Positions 10,001 through 17,641 of a stretch of DNA of 64,000 nucleotides are shown here, in pieces (the first letter of the stretch is position 1; each line of letters opens with the position of its first letter). The notes beneath the pieces were generated by a model. The model saw nothing but the letters and a program-made list of their open reading frames with translations. It was not told the origin of the DNA and made no database searches. Source of the DNA: a virus; the IMG/VR virus record IMGVR_UViG_3300036770_005462, positions 8,103-72,102 of that record; one strand, given 5' to 3'. Made by a program: the position numbers and the translations under genes.

Positions 10001-10702
10001 GACCTCGCTGATGAGTACGTCGTCCGCAACGTCGTTACGTCAGATCTCGACGATACGTACATTGTCCGTACAAGCGCCGCGTCGGACCTCGTCGATGAGT
10101 ACGTCGTCAATGCGCGGGTCAGCAGCGACCTGTCTGATTCATACAACGTCGAGGAAGTTGGCCGGGTCAGCAGCGACCTCGCCGACGAGTACGTCGTCCG
10201 CGAAGGCGTCGCTTCCAGTCTTGACGACTCTTACATCGTCCGGACTACAGTCACCCAAGATCTGGTGGATTCCTACCAGATCGCGGCACAGGCCAGCGGC
10301 GCGACCCTCGTTGTAAGTGGTGGCTTACTGCCGGGTAGTGCTACCGGTCAAGCCGTCGCGGCCGGTAGTGTCGTAAACTACCAACTGTCGCTGATTCCCG
10401 GCGCGGCCAGTGTTTCGGTCGTGGCTTCGGGGGCTACGTTAGTAGTCACTAACTCGCTGGTCAGCGGCACGGCGGTCGGCGCTGCACTTGCCAACGGCGC
10501 GCTGCTGGTAGTAACGAAGGCGCTGATCCCGGGCACGGCGGAGGGGTCGTATCCCTTCGAGGGGTACACCCCGGACCACGTGTATATGGTGCCGGCGGAA
10601 CGGCGCGGATACATCGTGCCCGAGGAGTATCGAACGCACGAGGCGACTGCCGAAGACCGCCTCTATGTGGTGAACGGAGAAACTCGGAATCAACAGGTGT
10701 AG
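7073..10702 (+). CDS. Large repetitive tail fibre/spike-like protein (1209 aa) built from about 40 tandem 14-aa acidic repeats in two blocks
   Basis: The start overlaps the previous stop (TAATG). Repeats of consensus x-V-T-S-D-[YL]-[AD]-D-[SE]-Y-[VI]-V-x-x occur in two arrays separated by the shared DGGWLP...SWIEVDV module. Confidence 0.7.
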   Translation: MAISFVSAGAVAYTSQNGSSISVPYPANIANGDGVVLICGMKPATANGGTFPTLTGFSVAASLYAAGGYGTTKGNDTGNTNAVAYFRPCDGTETGNLTVSVSDSNIAWGVMLRFTKTAGTEWNWDWDGTWGQDTTAGTAVSVLLDADGIGGISYRPGDFFVVGMCIPTDASTPNQFSAHSISLTNVTFSSVTEVVEPDSSAGQDIGGFVTYGSVTAATNSEVIGDPTYTATAGGTTTNVRGPLVLVRFREYKVVSSDLSDEYGVTGAVKTDYADSYGIFQPQRAAVSWIEFDVADTKVVSDLSDSYITGTTVRIYSASFATNYDANVTAVTSSLADQYNIYDGSSNQTVTSDYADSYEISGAVTSDYADSYGVSVGVTSDYDDSYAIGISVTSDYADSYVVSASVTSDYDDSYAVGTSVVSDYADSYVVHVAATSDYADSYVLNSQITNDLADEYVVRTGVTSDYADTFNVVAYKGRPNAPKSDGGWLPSTGGQLYACIDEVTPDDVDYIYTTGEVLGSVYIDGMSDPGSDFAHVLSVRAWAAVGATLPVYLVVSFYQENGPALLTSEVVELSENPATFRFTVPTSQSSLITDYNNPGKKFVVEFQADRIGAPAFEARISWIEVDVAATTFPVVNNLADEYVVNERVTSDLADEYVVRQSVSSDLADSYSVSAPVWADLADEYVVATSLNSDLADSYIVYALVNQDLLDEYLVYVRTSADYDDLYVLRQGVSQDLNDEFVVIGRVSSDLADSYNVEQAAGKVTSDYDDSYVVRNVVTSDLDDSYFITTLVTTDYADEYVVRAAVTTDYADEYVVNAPVTSDYADEYVVRNVVTSDYADEYVVTGRVTSDYDDSYGIAGVATGDYDDSYVVAVRVTGDLADEYIVRNGVTSDFADEYLVASSVTSDLADSYGVAGLVTSDYDDSYVVRTSVTSDLDDSYAIRNVVTSDLADEYLVIARVSSDLDDSYLVEEVGKVSNDLADEYVVRNVVTSDLDDTYIVRTSAASDLVDEYVVNARVSSDLSDSYNVEEVGRVSSDLADEYVVREGVASSLDDSYIVRTTVTQDLVDSYQIAAQASGATLVVSGGLLPGSATGQAVAAGSVVNYQLSLIPGAASVSVVASGATLVVTNSLVSGTAVGAALANGALLVVTKALIPGTAEGSYPFEGYTPDHVYMVPAERRGYIVPEEYRTHEATAEDRLYVVNGETRNQQV
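8140..8480 (+). repeat. Tandem 42-bp (14-codon) imperfect repeats, block 1, about 8 units
   Basis: Repeated ...GTTACTAGTGACTACGCYGAYTCSTACG... units are visible in the DNA. They encode SVTSDYADSYVV-like units. Confidence 0.8.
8960..10290 (+). repeat. Tandem 42-bp (14-codon) imperfect repeats, block 2, about 30 units
   Basis: Units such as VTSDLADEYVVRN, VTSDYADEYVV and VSSDLADSYNVEE recur continuously. The array casts a long spurious antisense ORF at 8102..9271. Confidence 0.8.
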
Positions 10703-10705
10703 CCC

Positions 10706-11023
10706 ATGGCAGACACGTTCGTCGTTACAGTCGGGAAGCCGACCATCACCAAGGACCCCAACGCAGTTCTTGACTATTCCATCGACTGGACAGACTGGCT
10801 ACTGGCGGCTGCGCCAGACGACACCATCCAAATTCACCAAGTCATTCTCCAAGCCGATACCGATTTGGTAGTAGAGCAGAGCGCCGTCGTCGGCGGCACC
10901 CGCGTTACCTTTTGGCTGTCCGGCGGCACTGCCGGCACAACGGAGCGCGTTGTGTGTCGCATTACCACAGTTGATGGGCGGGTCGATGATCGCTCGGTGT
11001 GGTTGAAGATCAAGGAGCGGTAG
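10706..11023 (+). CDS. Hypothetical small protein
   Basis: 105-aa ORF lying 3 nt after the fibre gene stop. Confidence 0.45.
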   Translation: MADTFVVTVGKPTITKDPNAVLDYSIDWTDWLLAAAPDDTIQIHQVILQADTDLVVEQSAVVGGTRVTFWLSGGTAGTTERVVCRITTVDGRVDDRSVWLKIKER

Positions 11024-11024
11024 A

Positions 11025-11378
11025 GTGAGCTTAGAGTCACACGACCTCGACGTCGCCGGAAAACTCGGCGGTCTGGCCGCGGAACTCGCCGGCATGAAGA
11101 ACACATTGGGGAATCACATTACAGACGAAGACATTCGGGACGAGAAGATCCTGAAGCTTGTGACAGAGATCCGCGAGGCTCTGCCCAGTATGGAGACGCA
11201 CCGGCAACACCATGACGCCATCGAGCTTTGGCTGATGCGTCAAAAGAAGCGCCAAGAGATCCTTGACAAGATCTTGGCGGAATCCGGCAAGAGCGTTTTC
11301 ATCGCCCTCCTAGGTGCGCTCTGCTTTCTATTGTGGGAGGGCCTGAAAGTGGGGCTTCGTGCAAAAGGCGTCTCTTGA
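11025..11378 (+). CDS. Holin-like protein or membrane-anchored small protein (single C-terminal TM)
   Basis: 117 aa. The N-terminus is charged and helical, and the C-terminus carries a hydrophobic segment FIALLGALCFLLWEGL. It lies immediately upstream of the lysozyme gene. Confidence 0.35.
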   Translation: MSLESHDLDVAGKLGGLAAELAGMKNTLGNHITDEDIRDEKILKLVTEIREALPSMETHRQHHDAIELWLMRQKKRQEILDKILAESGKSVFIALLGALCFLLWEGLKVGLRAKGVS

Positions 11379-11525
11379 CGACCTGCAAGGGCATCGGGAC
11401 TTTTGGCTCCGAATGGCGGTGCATACCGTTGCTTTTCTGATCGGCATGTTGCTGGCATTTTGGATTTTCTAACCGTCTCATTCTCTTGTTAGAATCGGAG
11501 TGGGCGTTCACTCGCCAAGGGGTAA

Positions 11526-12629
11526 TTGTGTGCGGAGCGTGCCGTGACTAGTCGGATGCCGCGTTGGGAGCAGGCGCTAGCCCATCCCAATGTTCGGGCA
11601 TTCCTTCGCGTCATTCGCCAAGGCGAGTCGAACCAGACTGACAACGCTTACCGCATGATGTTCGGTGGTGAGCTGTTTGAGGGTAGCTTCGCCGATCACC
11701 CCCGCCGCAAGATCACCAAGCCGCTGGGCGGCAAGCCCATAACGAGTTCCGCGGCCGGGGCCTATCAGTTTTTGGAGCGGACGTGGACGTCGCTGGTGGC
11801 GCTCTACGGTTTCTCCGACTTCAGCCCCAAGAATCAGGACCTTGGCGCGGTTGCGCTGATCGAGGGCCGAAAGGCGCTCGACGACGTGCTGGCCGGGAAG
11901 TTTGATGTTGCAGTGCGCAAATGCGCTTTGGAGTGGGCAAGTCTCCCCGGCAGTCCGTACGGACAGCCGATGATGTCCATCGAAAAGGCGCGCCAGCTTT
12001 ACGTATCGTTTGGCGGGGAGTTCGCTCCCGCCGCCCCTGTTCCGAAATCGGAGGCTGCTGTGGCCCTTCCCCTTCTTGGCATTGCAGCCGCTGTGCTGCC
12101 CTCCCTGATCCAAGCCGCGCCGGATCTTCTCAAGATCTTCAACGATCCGGACAACCCGGACAAGACCAGCCGCGAGCGCGACGCCGAGTTGGCCGTCAAG
12201 GTGTTGGAGATCGCCAAGGAAGCTACGGGCGCGACCACCGTTGAAGAGGTCATTCCCGCGGTGCAGTCGCCGGAAGGCCAAGAGGCGTTCCGCGAGGCCG
12301 TCAAGAGTGAGTGGTTCCAGCTGCAGCAAGCGACTGAAAAGTCCGTCGACACCGCCCGCAAGTACGCGGTTGAGTACGCCCAGATCAAGAACGTACGGAC
12401 ACTGTTCGGCAAGTGGTTCCGGATCACGTTCCTTGAGTTCCTGTCGCTGGTGTTCGTGGTGATCAGCGCCGGGGGCGCTTACATGGTGCTGACCGATGAG
12501 TCCTTCGGGGAGCAGATGCGTGGCGCGGTGATTACGCTGATCCTGATCGGCGGCTTTACCGGCGTGCAGAACTTCTGGCTTGGTAGCTCGCTGGGCTCCA
12601 AGATGAAAGAGGACAAGAAGCAGGAGTGA
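11526..12629 (+). CDS. Lambda-R-like lytic transglycosylase (GH104-type lysozyme) with a C-terminal double-TM extension; the start is ambiguous among TTG 11526, GTG 11544 and ATG 11556
   Basis: The N-terminal domain aligns by eye with phage lambda R: GGELFxxxxDHPR...AAGAYQFLxRTW...DFSPKNQD...WASLPGSPYGQ. The C-terminal 100 aa contains two hydrophobic helices (FLEFLSLVFVVISAGGAYMVL and AVITLILIGGFTGVQNFWLG). Confidence 0.75.
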   Translation: MCAERAVTSRMPRWEQALAHPNVRAFLRVIRQGESNQTDNAYRMMFGGELFEGSFADHPRRKITKPLGGKPITSSAAGAYQFLERTWTSLVALYGFSDFSPKNQDLGAVALIEGRKALDDVLAGKFDVAVRKCALEWASLPGSPYGQPMMSIEKARQLYVSFGGEFAPAAPVPKSEAAVALPLLGIAAAVLPSLIQAAPDLLKIFNDPDNPDKTSRERDAELAVKVLEIAKEATGATTVEEVIPAVQSPEGQEAFREAVKSEWFQLQQATEKSVDTARKYAVEYAQIKNVRTLFGKWFRITFLEFLSLVFVVISAGGAYMVLTDESFGEQMRGAVITLILIGGFTGVQNFWLGSSLGSKMKEDKKQE

Positions 12630-12771
12630 CACATCCGGTAGTGCCTAGCTGCGGTGGCCTCGGTGCGAGCTTGGCAGGGCTCTCGTAACCGCAGCACGGA
12701 GGGTCGGCGTTGCTCCGCGCCGATTCCTCCACCTATTTTGCACGAGGCCAGCTATCCGGAAGATATGCCCT

Positions 12772-13182
12772 GTGTGTTCGAAGGAATTCGAACATCGCCG
12801 ATCAGTAGTATGTTGCTCTCACTCTTGCGCTGCGACGCTCCAACACCGGGTTTTGGGCCCCCCGGGCTGGAAAGGCGGGCTGACTAGAGTCAATGGCTAC
12901 CTACGGCAGTATGCGCCGGATCACCCCCACGCAGTCAACAGCTACGTGGCCCAGCACCGGCTCATCATGGAGAAGCACATCGGTCGGTTCCTGCACCCCC
13001 GCGAGCGTGTACACCACAAGAACGGCCAGCGGGATGACAACCGGATCGAGAATCTGGAACTGTGGACGCTGGGCCGAAAGGACCCCCATGGCGTCCGAGT
13101 GGAAGACCTGTTGCGGGAAATGATCCACCAGCACCCCGAATTGGCCGAGCAGATCATCAAAGAACGCGACCCCGACGCCTGA
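12772..13182 (+). CDS. HNH homing endonuclease (HNH_3-like), free-standing
   Basis: Motifs GYLRQY...HRLIMEKHIG...VHHKNGQRDDNRIENLELWT match the HNH/AP2-associated endonuclease core. It is inserted between the lysozyme and a structural gene, with about 140 bp of structured non-coding sequence upstream. Confidence 0.7.
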   Translation: MCSKEFEHRRSVVCCSHSCAATLQHRVLGPPGWKGGLTRVNGYLRQYAPDHPHAVNSYVAQHRLIMEKHIGRFLHPRERVHHKNGQRDDNRIENLELWTLGRKDPHGVRVEDLLREMIHQHPELAEQIIKERDPDA

Positions 13183-13188
13183 AACTCC

Positions 13189-13220
13189 TATAATCCGTCT
13201 AATTTCCGTCTCTCCGTCTG
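13189..13220 (+). promoter_or_regulatory. Consensus -10 box (TATAAT) followed by three direct CCGTCT repeats immediately before the start codon
   Basis: TATAAT lies at 13189-13194. CCGTCT occurs at 13195, 13206 and 13214. The ATG follows at 13221 with no SD sequence. The -35 element is weak. Confidence 0.35.
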
Positions 13221-14408
13221 ATGACTGACTTCAAGATCGCCCCGTTTGGCGGTATCGACACCCACACCCCGGAGCCGTCCGCGACCCCGGGGTTGCTGCG
13301 TGACGCCGTCAATGTGGACATCGACCGAGACGGTGGCGTTGGACGGCGTGACGGGCTACAGGCCACCGCAGTTACGGACCCCGTGTCCGGTGTCTACGGC
13401 TGGCGCAACCAGAACCGGCTGTGCTACGTGTCCGGCGGGAGCTTGAAGCTGTGGAACCCCGCCACCGGTGTCGCAACGACGCTTGGTGCCGTCACTGATA
13501 CGGAAGTCGAGTACGTCGAAGTCAACAGCGAGCTGGTGGTCGGCGGGCTGAATACGCTGGTGGTGGTGCGCAGCGGTCAAGTGCAGGGGCTTGGCGTGGA
13601 AACGCCCCCGCCCCCGCTCGTTGCGACTACACAGGTTGGCGGCTTCACTGCCGGCCGGTACGGCGTGCTGATCACTTTCGTAGCCAGCAACGGCGAAGAA
13701 AGCGGTGCCAGCCCTGCGATCTTTCTCGACGTTGTCGAGGGCGGCGGCATCGAGATTCAGGCGTTGCCGATCCCGCTGGAAGCGAAGGTCACCAAGATCC
13801 GCATCTACCGCACTACGGCCGACGGCGACGCGTTCTACGCTGCGCAAGATGTCGTTCTGCCGCACGCCGAGGCTTTCCTGCTGAGTCAGGGCGCGCCGGG
13901 CGGGCAAGTCTGCACTACGCGGCACACGGTGCGCATGCCCGGCGGCAAGTACTTGCGGTATTGGCGAGGCCGTGTCCTTGTGGCCCGCGGGCCGAACCTC
14001 TACATGAGCGAGCCGATGCGCTACGGGCTTCATGACCCGCGCCACGGGTTCATTCAGTTTCCGAACGTCATCACGTTCATCCAGCCGGTACTTGGCGGGA
14101 TCTTCATTGGTCAGCGTGATGGTGTTGTATTCCTGCGCGGCGCACTTCCGTCCGAGCTGAAAGTCGAAGCTACGGGCGCAGCCGTGCCGGTCCCCGGTTC
14201 CTCCACCGAGATTGACGGCGAGGACATGTCGGGCGACTGGGCGCAGGGCGGACAGAAGTACGCAGTTTGGCTTGGCGAGCGCGGGTACGCAATCGGCACG
14301 CCAAATGGCGACGTGGTGGAGCCGCAGAGTAAGCGGCTTGCCGTTCCTGTCGGGCAGCGCGGCGTCACAGTCGTGCATAACCGCCGCCTGACCACCCTAG
14401 TAACTTGA
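13221..14408 (+). CDS. Virion structural protein (tail/baseplate-like)
   Basis: 395-aa ORF in the structural arm with beta-rich composition. Confidence 0.5.
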   Translation: MTDFKIAPFGGIDTHTPEPSATPGLLRDAVNVDIDRDGGVGRRDGLQATAVTDPVSGVYGWRNQNRLCYVSGGSLKLWNPATGVATTLGAVTDTEVEYVEVNSELVVGGLNTLVVVRSGQVQGLGVETPPPPLVATTQVGGFTAGRYGVLITFVASNGEESGASPAIFLDVVEGGGIEIQALPIPLEAKVTKIRIYRTTADGDAFYAAQDVVLPHAEAFLLSQGAPGGQVCTTRHTVRMPGGKYLRYWRGRVLVARGPNLYMSEPMRYGLHDPRHGFIQFPNVITFIQPVLGGIFIGQRDGVVFLRGALPSELKVEATGAAVPVPGSSTEIDGEDMSGDWAQGGQKYAVWLGERGYAIGTPNGDVVEPQSKRLAVPVGQRGVTVVHNRRLTTLVT

Positions 14409-14422
14409 ACCCCGAGGTAAAG

Positions 14423-15013
14423 ATGAATGACATCCTGAAGCACAAACGGGAGTTCGCGCGGGACTTGCAGGACGGCGCGTACGAACTCACCCCCAGCGGA
14501 CTCCTGTTCCCGAAGATCGGCGCGACCGTTGCCGGCCAATACTTCCACGCCGTTAACGGCGGCGATCTGCAGATCGACAAGAACCTCGTAGTCGACGAGG
14601 GCCTAGCATACTTGCTGGGCGTGTCACTCGGCGCAACGGCGAAAATCAACACGTGGTATCTCGCGCTGTGGAACACCAACGTCACCCCGGCAAGTAACTG
14701 GACCGCGGCGAACTTCGTTGCGACCGCCGGCGAGATCACGTCGTTGACCGAGGGCTACTCCGAAGCCGTGCGCCAAACGTGGACCCCGGGTGCAATCAGC
14801 GGCGGACAGATCGACAACCTTTCGTCGCTGGCATCGTTCACGATTGCAACGGCTACGGCGGTTGAGGTGTACGGCGCGGCGCTGCTGTCGAGCAACGTAC
14901 GCGGCGGCGCTTCAGGCACGCTGTTGTCCGCAGGCCGCTTTGCCACGCCGCGCACGCTGTACGCCGCAGACGTCTTCCAGATCGGCTACCGGCTGACCCT
15001 GTCTGGCGTCTGA
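14423..15013 (+). CDS. Hypothetical virion protein (ATG at 14423 preferred over the upstream alternative start at 14405)
   Basis: SD GAGGTAAAG precedes ATG 14423 (MNDILKH...). Confidence 0.5.
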   Translation: MNDILKHKREFARDLQDGAYELTPSGLLFPKIGATVAGQYFHAVNGGDLQIDKNLVVDEGLAYLLGVSLGATAKINTWYLALWNTNVTPASNWTAANFVATAGEITSLTEGYSEAVRQTWTPGAISGGQIDNLSSLASFTIATATAVEVYGAALLSSNVRGGASGTLLSAGRFATPRTLYAADVFQIGYRLTLSGV

Positions 15014-15019
15014 CCGTGA

Positions 15020-17641
15020 GTGAAGGTATTTGACGGTTTTCGTCTTTCGGCGACGGGCGAGCTTTCAGCGATTGAAGTTGCAATCGCGAAGAAGCTCGCC
15101 CTCGACACTCGCCTAGAAGCAGAAGCCCGCGGGCTGTTTCAGTTCCGCAAGTATCTAGAGCTGCCCGGTGGGGGCTACGCCTATTCCATAAAGGCGGGCG
15201 ATTTCGTCGGTGTCCATGTCGTGCCTTCGCGGCCCGGCAAGGATCAGTACATCTTTCTCCGCATCCCTGACTTCGGCAGTGGTTGGGTTGTCGACGGCAC
15301 GCGGACCCCGGGCGCTACGCCGGAAGATCCGGACACCGTTACGTTTGTGCCGACTGCGGCCACGGTCGAGCGGCTCGTGGATGTAGCAGTGGCCGGCGAG
15401 CAGGAACTTGCCCGCTACGCAGTAAACGCCAACGTCGAAACCCGTGACGATTTGTTCGCGGGCGACACGCAGTACGAGGCCCTGCGCGCTTCGCAATTTT
15501 CCGGAAAGATGCGGAAGCTTGTGCAGTTGCTTATGGGCTTCGGGCGTCCGCCCGAAGGACCCAACAAGTTTCTTACCGTCGCGCAGCAAGTTCTGAAAGC
15601 ATCCGGGGTCAAAGCACCCGAGCCCGACGTTGCTGCGACGAAAGCGTTCACGACCGGCGTGCAGATCGACTACGACAGTCGCTTCTACCGTACGCATGGA
15701 CTGGCACAGGGCGCAGACAATAGTTGGTGGCTGATAGAGGTGTCTGCGCGCGGGCTTCTGGCCATGCCGTTGCAGTACTACCGCTACACCACATCGCCCT
15801 CATTCATAGCAGTGGCTTCGACGATTGACGCCGAAGTTGCTCTGGCGCTTTCGACCTTTGGCGGACTGCCCACGGGCGAGGCAATCTCGCTCGACACTGA
15901 ATTGTTTGGGGCCATGAAGCGCGCAGGGATCGTTAAAGAGCTGCAGCCGGCTTCTGCGATGGAGGCGTTCTACGATCTGAGCCCCATGAGTTCTGCGTGC
16001 GGCTGGGTGTTCAACGACAGCGGCACGGAAGCGCACAACATCGGCTTCGGCACAAATGCGTCCAGTAAGTTAGCAACCGAGCATTGGAAAGTGACGTTTT
16101 CAATCGGGATGCCGATTGATCCGCAGCAGCCCACGGACAGTCCGATCTTTGCCAGTTTGCTGCCGAAGATCGAGGCTGCAACGCCGCCGCCCGGCGTCAC
16201 CATCGACGAAGAAGCGCAGTACAAGCGGATCATTCGCTCCAAACTGCGCTACATGACGAGCGGCGATCTCGGCACTGCTGCGGCTATGGAAGCCCAAGCA
16301 GCGTTTGACTACATTGATTCGGTGCAAGTCGAACGAGTGACGGCCAGCGGTACGGTCGACGCTATGTCCAAGAATGCGTTTTACTATCTAGTGGATGTCG
16401 ACAACGCGGCGCTAGGGGCAGAGTTCAAGATGCACGAGCCGCTCGTCGGCGGCTTGATCAGTTTTGATGGCGACACGTTTAGCGGCGGCGTATCTACGGC
16501 TCCTCACGCGACAAACCCCGCCGTTACCGACTGCCCCATCTTTGTGTACTTCGTCGGCGACACGCTGAAGTACGTTAACTTCTATTGGCAGCAAGGAACG
16601 TTCTACGGCATCGCTACTCCGTACATACCGGAGACAAACATGCCGAACGGGGAGACTTGCGGATACAACCCGTTGACGCGCGTGTTAATCGGAACGGGAT
16701 GGCGACGCGGCGGCGACGGTTACGGACAGGCCCGCTCTCGTATCTACACGTCGGATGTGGATGAGCGCGTGGTTACTTTTACTGGCTCCCCCGGACGCTG
16801 GTATGAGGAGACTGTCACGGCGACCTATCTGGGCGAGTACACCTATATGTCGCCGACCGAGCTGTTCGGGATGAAGTCATATGCGAACCGAACGCACTAC
16901 AAGTCACGCGCTACTTGGTACGAAGAGAAGTGGAACCGGGAAGTTACTACGCATGCAGTAGTGCCGCAGGGGACGCGAAGCGGCTGCTTCATCTGTGTTA
17001 TCGATGCTTTTGACCAGCACTACCGAGAGGAGTTTTTCTACGACGTTGAAGCTTTCGGAAATAGTTGGAGCAGCGCGCTGTGGCGCATTCCGGCGGATAC
17101 TCCCGAGGGCGACAAGGCACTTGCTACTGCTAACGGCGCACCTGCATGTGCGATGGACCAAGACGAGTGGCGGCACGATACGCCGGAAGATAACGGCGGC
17201 GATACCAGCTGTCAGATTCCTACGTCTGGCGTGTGGAATACGCTATGGTTTGCAGAGTGCGACGTTTTTCAGCCGGGCGGCACCCAGCTAACTGGTAGCG
17301 GCAACTCTCCGCTGATCGAGGATTATCAGAACTTGACGCCGACGGCGACTTACAAGTTGTATGCGAGCTTCGAATTCGTCAACGGCGGGGTAACGCAGGA
17401 GATTCACTCCGGAACGACGACCGACATGAATACGATCAATATCTGGCAGCGTTTTGCATTCAACGCGTTTGACGGGCGGCAGCAGTGCTCGACGACGCAT
17501 AATAGTTTCGGGTCGGGCACTACGGTTGTATCTCAGACGGGCCCTAACGGCTGGGGCCCCGGGTTGCAGATCGGCAGTCCGATGGACACATACATTCAGC
17601 AGCAACGCGTGGCGTTTGTGGGGGTGGTAAATGGCGACTGA
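15020..17641 (+). CDS. Large virion protein (873 aa), tail tube/nozzle/spike-like
   Basis: Long ORF with a GTG start. The product is Cys- and Trp-containing and beta-rich. It lies between the fibre genes and the internal-protein genes. Confidence 0.5.
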   Translation: MKVFDGFRLSATGELSAIEVAIAKKLALDTRLEAEARGLFQFRKYLELPGGGYAYSIKAGDFVGVHVVPSRPGKDQYIFLRIPDFGSGWVVDGTRTPGATPEDPDTVTFVPTAATVERLVDVAVAGEQELARYAVNANVETRDDLFAGDTQYEALRASQFSGKMRKLVQLLMGFGRPPEGPNKFLTVAQQVLKASGVKAPEPDVAATKAFTTGVQIDYDSRFYRTHGLAQGADNSWWLIEVSARGLLAMPLQYYRYTTSPSFIAVASTIDAEVALALSTFGGLPTGEAISLDTELFGAMKRAGIVKELQPASAMEAFYDLSPMSSACGWVFNDSGTEAHNIGFGTNASSKLATEHWKVTFSIGMPIDPQQPTDSPIFASLLPKIEAATPPPGVTIDEEAQYKRIIRSKLRYMTSGDLGTAAAMEAQAAFDYIDSVQVERVTASGTVDAMSKNAFYYLVDVDNAALGAEFKMHEPLVGGLISFDGDTFSGGVSTAPHATNPAVTDCPIFVYFVGDTLKYVNFYWQQGTFYGIATPYIPETNMPNGETCGYNPLTRVLIGTGWRRGGDGYGQARSRIYTSDVDERVVTFTGSPGRWYEETVTATYLGEYTYMSPTELFGMKSYANRTHYKSRATWYEEKWNREVTTHAVVPQGTRSGCFICVIDAFDQHYREEFFYDVEAFGNSWSSALWRIPADTPEGDKALATANGAPACAMDQDEWRHDTPEDNGGDTSCQIPTSGVWNTLWFAECDVFQPGGTQLTGSGNSPLIEDYQNLTPTATYKLYASFEFVNGGVTQEIHSGTTTDMNTINIWQRFAFNAFDGRQQCSTTHNSFGSGTTVVSQTGPNGWGPGLQIGSPMDTYIQQQRVAFVGVVNGD

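Noticed and set aside
12640-12770. Possible tRNA or group I intron upstream of the HNH gene (TTCGAA-containing palindromes)
   Set aside because: No cloverleaf could be drawn. GTTCGAAGGAATTCGAAC is a simple palindrome, not a T-arm. The flanking genes are intact rather than split. It is kept only as structured flank of the homing endonuclease.
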